A stretch of 64,000 nt of DNA from Dehalococcoidia bacterium. GTDB lineage: Bacteria; Chloroflexota; Dehalococcoidia; Lucifugimonadales; UBA3495. The position numbers and the translations under genes are program-made. The notes beneath the pieces are model-generated. The model saw only the letters and a program-made list of their open reading frames with translations. It was not told where the DNA came from and searched no databases. The stretch is taken from positions 78,309 to 142,308 of the forward strand of contig CBDBFI010000002.1 of the NCBI GenBank assembly GCA_965204805.1, written 5' to 3'. This document shows, one piece after another, positions 61,867 to 64,000 of this stretch (positions are counted from its first letter, which is position 1; each line of letters opens with the position of its first letter).

Positions 61867-62400
61867 ATGCTATTCATGCTAGCCAAGGCCGCAGGCATAA
61901 TCACCATCTCCATAGGCGCCCTCTATTACGGCATGGCAGCCTGCGTCAACTACGCCCACGACGCCCTCGACCAGGGAGAGCCCGTACCCGCCCACCCACA
62001 GGTCCAACAATACATGCCCGAAAAGCTCGGCAACGATCCCGAACATCCAGTCGCCCGGCTCCTCGAAATCGACCAGTGCCACACCGAAAACTGGGTCCCC
62101 AACACCCCGGACATCACCTTTCAGGTCCAGCGGATCATCGACGGCGACACCATCCTCGCCCACACATCGGAACAACCGCACCAACGGCTTCGCCTCTGGG
62201 GCATCGACGCCCCCGAATCGGACCAGCCCCACGGGGCCCAGGCCACTGCCCGCCTGCACGCCCTCGTCCCCACCGGCAAGATGACCAAAGCACGCAACAT
62301 GGGCACCGACAAATACGACCGCATACTGGTGGTAATAGGTGAGGACAACGAACTCCCCGTCAACTGGACCATGGTCATGACCGGCAACGCCCACCACATG
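61867..62400 (+). pseudogene. Thermonuclease (SNase) family protein, C-terminally truncated
   Basis: IIDGDTI, RLRLWGIDAPE, DKYDRIL, VNWTMV..GNA; runs into a DUF488 remnant. Confidence 0.8.
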
Positions 62401-62922
62401 GACCGGGTGCTCGAACTGTTGCAGCGCCATCAAGTCCAGAGCGTTATCGACGTCAGGACCATACTGGCCAGCAGGTACTGCCGCAGTTCAACCGCAACAA
62501 CCTCGACCGGACACTATGCGACAACAAAATCCACTACGTCTTCGTAGGCGCACTGCTCGGCTGCCGGCCGGATCTGCTGGCACTCTACACGCTGGAGGGA
62601 AGGGCGGAGTAGCGGGCCATGGCCATGACCAGCGCCTTCATGGACGGCATTGGGCATTGGCCCAGTCCAAGATAAAAGCCGGACGTCCACCATCGCGCTC
62701 ATGTGCAGCGAGAAGGCGGCGGAGACCTGCCACCACCTACACAATGTCGGACACGACGTCCTCCAAATCCTCGCCGGCCAACGGGGCCCCGAACTCGATT
62801 CCTCCCTCTTGGAGCGGTTGATGCGGGGACACCGCGCCGAGCAGGCTGTGGACGCCCACTCAGCACACGCAGCCCTAGTAGCGATTCAGCCAGTCGCCCC
62901 GGATTTTGCTGAACTGCGTTGA
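62398..62922 (+). pseudogene. DUF488-family remnant
   Basis: 'LLQRHQVQSVIDVR...SRY', 'QFNR', 'IALMCSEK...CH' across broken frames. Confidence 0.7.
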
Positions 62923-63358
62923 AGACCCTGACCTGGCCGTGGACCTGCAATCGGGTCGCGCCGCCAATCAGCGCCGTACCTGATTCAGGCCCAAGGACGG
63001 ACTCCAGCCGGGTCAGGTGCCATTTGCCCAACCTTCCACCCGACCCCTCCTGCTGCCAATACCCCATAATCAGCCCCAGGCAGCGATTCAGCCAGTCACC
63101 CCGGATTCCGCTGACCTGGTGTTCCCGGCCTAGAAGTGAGCAGATACGCCTGACCGAACTCCGCCCCTCGACCCTTCCAAATCACCCCTCCCTATCAGGG
63201 TATCTACAGTCGAGGTCCCGCCCCGACGACCACTTGGTGACCCGCTCCCAGCTCCAATTTGAACTCAAATACACTTGCCAGAGTGCCACAGTGGATTTCA
63301 TTGTTTCTTCCCGAAATTCGACCACTTGGTGACCGGCGACCACTTGGTGACCCAGGTG

Positions 63359-64000
63359 AGTCTCCCTCAGCCATCTGGAGCCACGCGTGAGTCGACCAGC
63401 GGTGGCCCAGGCCAGTCTCGTCCGGCCATCCGGAGCCACGCGTGATTCGATTGCCGGTGGCCCAGGCCAGTCTCGTCCGGCCGTCCGGAGCCACGCGTGA
63501 TTCGACCAGTGGTGGCGCGGGTCAGTCCCGTGCAGCCGTCCGGAGCCACGCGTGATTCGACCAGTGGTGGCGCGGGCCAGTCTCCCTCAGCCATCCGGGG
63601 CCACGCGTGATTCGACCAGTGGTGGCGCGGGCCAGTCTCCCTCAGCCATCCGGGGCCACGTGTGATTCGACCAGTGGTGGCGCGGGCCAGTCTCCCTCAG
63701 CCATCCGGGGCCACGCGTGATTCGACCAGTGGTGGCGCGGGCCAGTCTCCCTCAGCTATCCGGAGCCACGCGTGATTCGATTGCCGGTGGCCCAGGCCAG
63801 TCTCGTCCGGCCGTCCGGAGCCACGCGTGATTCGACCAGTGGTGCGCGGGTCAGGCCCGTGCAGCCGTCCGGAGCCACGCGAGATTCGACCAGTGGTGGC
63901 GCGGGTCAGTCTCGTCCGGCCGTCCGGACCCACGCGAGATTCGCCCAGTGGTGGCGCGGGTCAGTCTCGTCCGGCCGTCCGGACCCACGCGTGAATCGAC
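63359..64000. repeat. Non-coding 55-bp tandem array, at least 12 units, running off the window
   Basis: Anchor G(A/G)(G/C)CCACG at 63378, 63433, 63488, 63543, 63598, 63653, 63708, 63763, 63818, 63872, 63927, 63982; consensus AGTCTCCCTCAGCCATCCGGAGCCACGCGTGATTCGACCAGTGGTGGCGCGGGCC. Confidence 0.95.

Noticed and set aside
63359-64000. CRISPR- or TIGR-like array
   Set aside because: Units are contiguous near-copies with no unique spacers, and no cas or tas gene is seen.

Overview
GC-rich bacterial DNA. The surface-protein types suggest Chloroflexota (Dehalococcoidia/SAR202-like), possibly host-associated; this is inference only. From 1 to 25 kb the window is chromosome-like: Ig-like, LRR, GLUG and S8 surface proteins, an ABC substrate-binding protein, an AI-2E transporter, a kinase plus zinc-ribbon pair, and katG under a perfect Per box. 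Four IS607 elements or remnants carry Fanzor-type (rearranged RuvC) TnpB; one precisely splits a TRAP-SBP lipoprotein gene. From about 27 kb on, much of the window looks like a decaying plasmid/ICE-like island: iterons, an HTH initiator with DnaB, duplicated parA/RHH around vapBC, a ParB-MTase-like gene, NERD plus UvrD, and nested IS21, IS110, ISNCY and ISKra4 debris. The best candidate for an undescribed system is 58.2-61.9 kb. There an IS-truncated ORF carries motifs of a single-subunit two-barrel (YonO/cellular-RdRP-like) RNA polymerase. It is followed by three unrelated genes, each preceded by the same 72-nt two-hairpin leader. Two of these genes end in an element complementary to their own leader plus an identical terminator hairpin. 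The window ends inside a non-coding 55-bp tandem array. All calls were made by eye, with no database searches.
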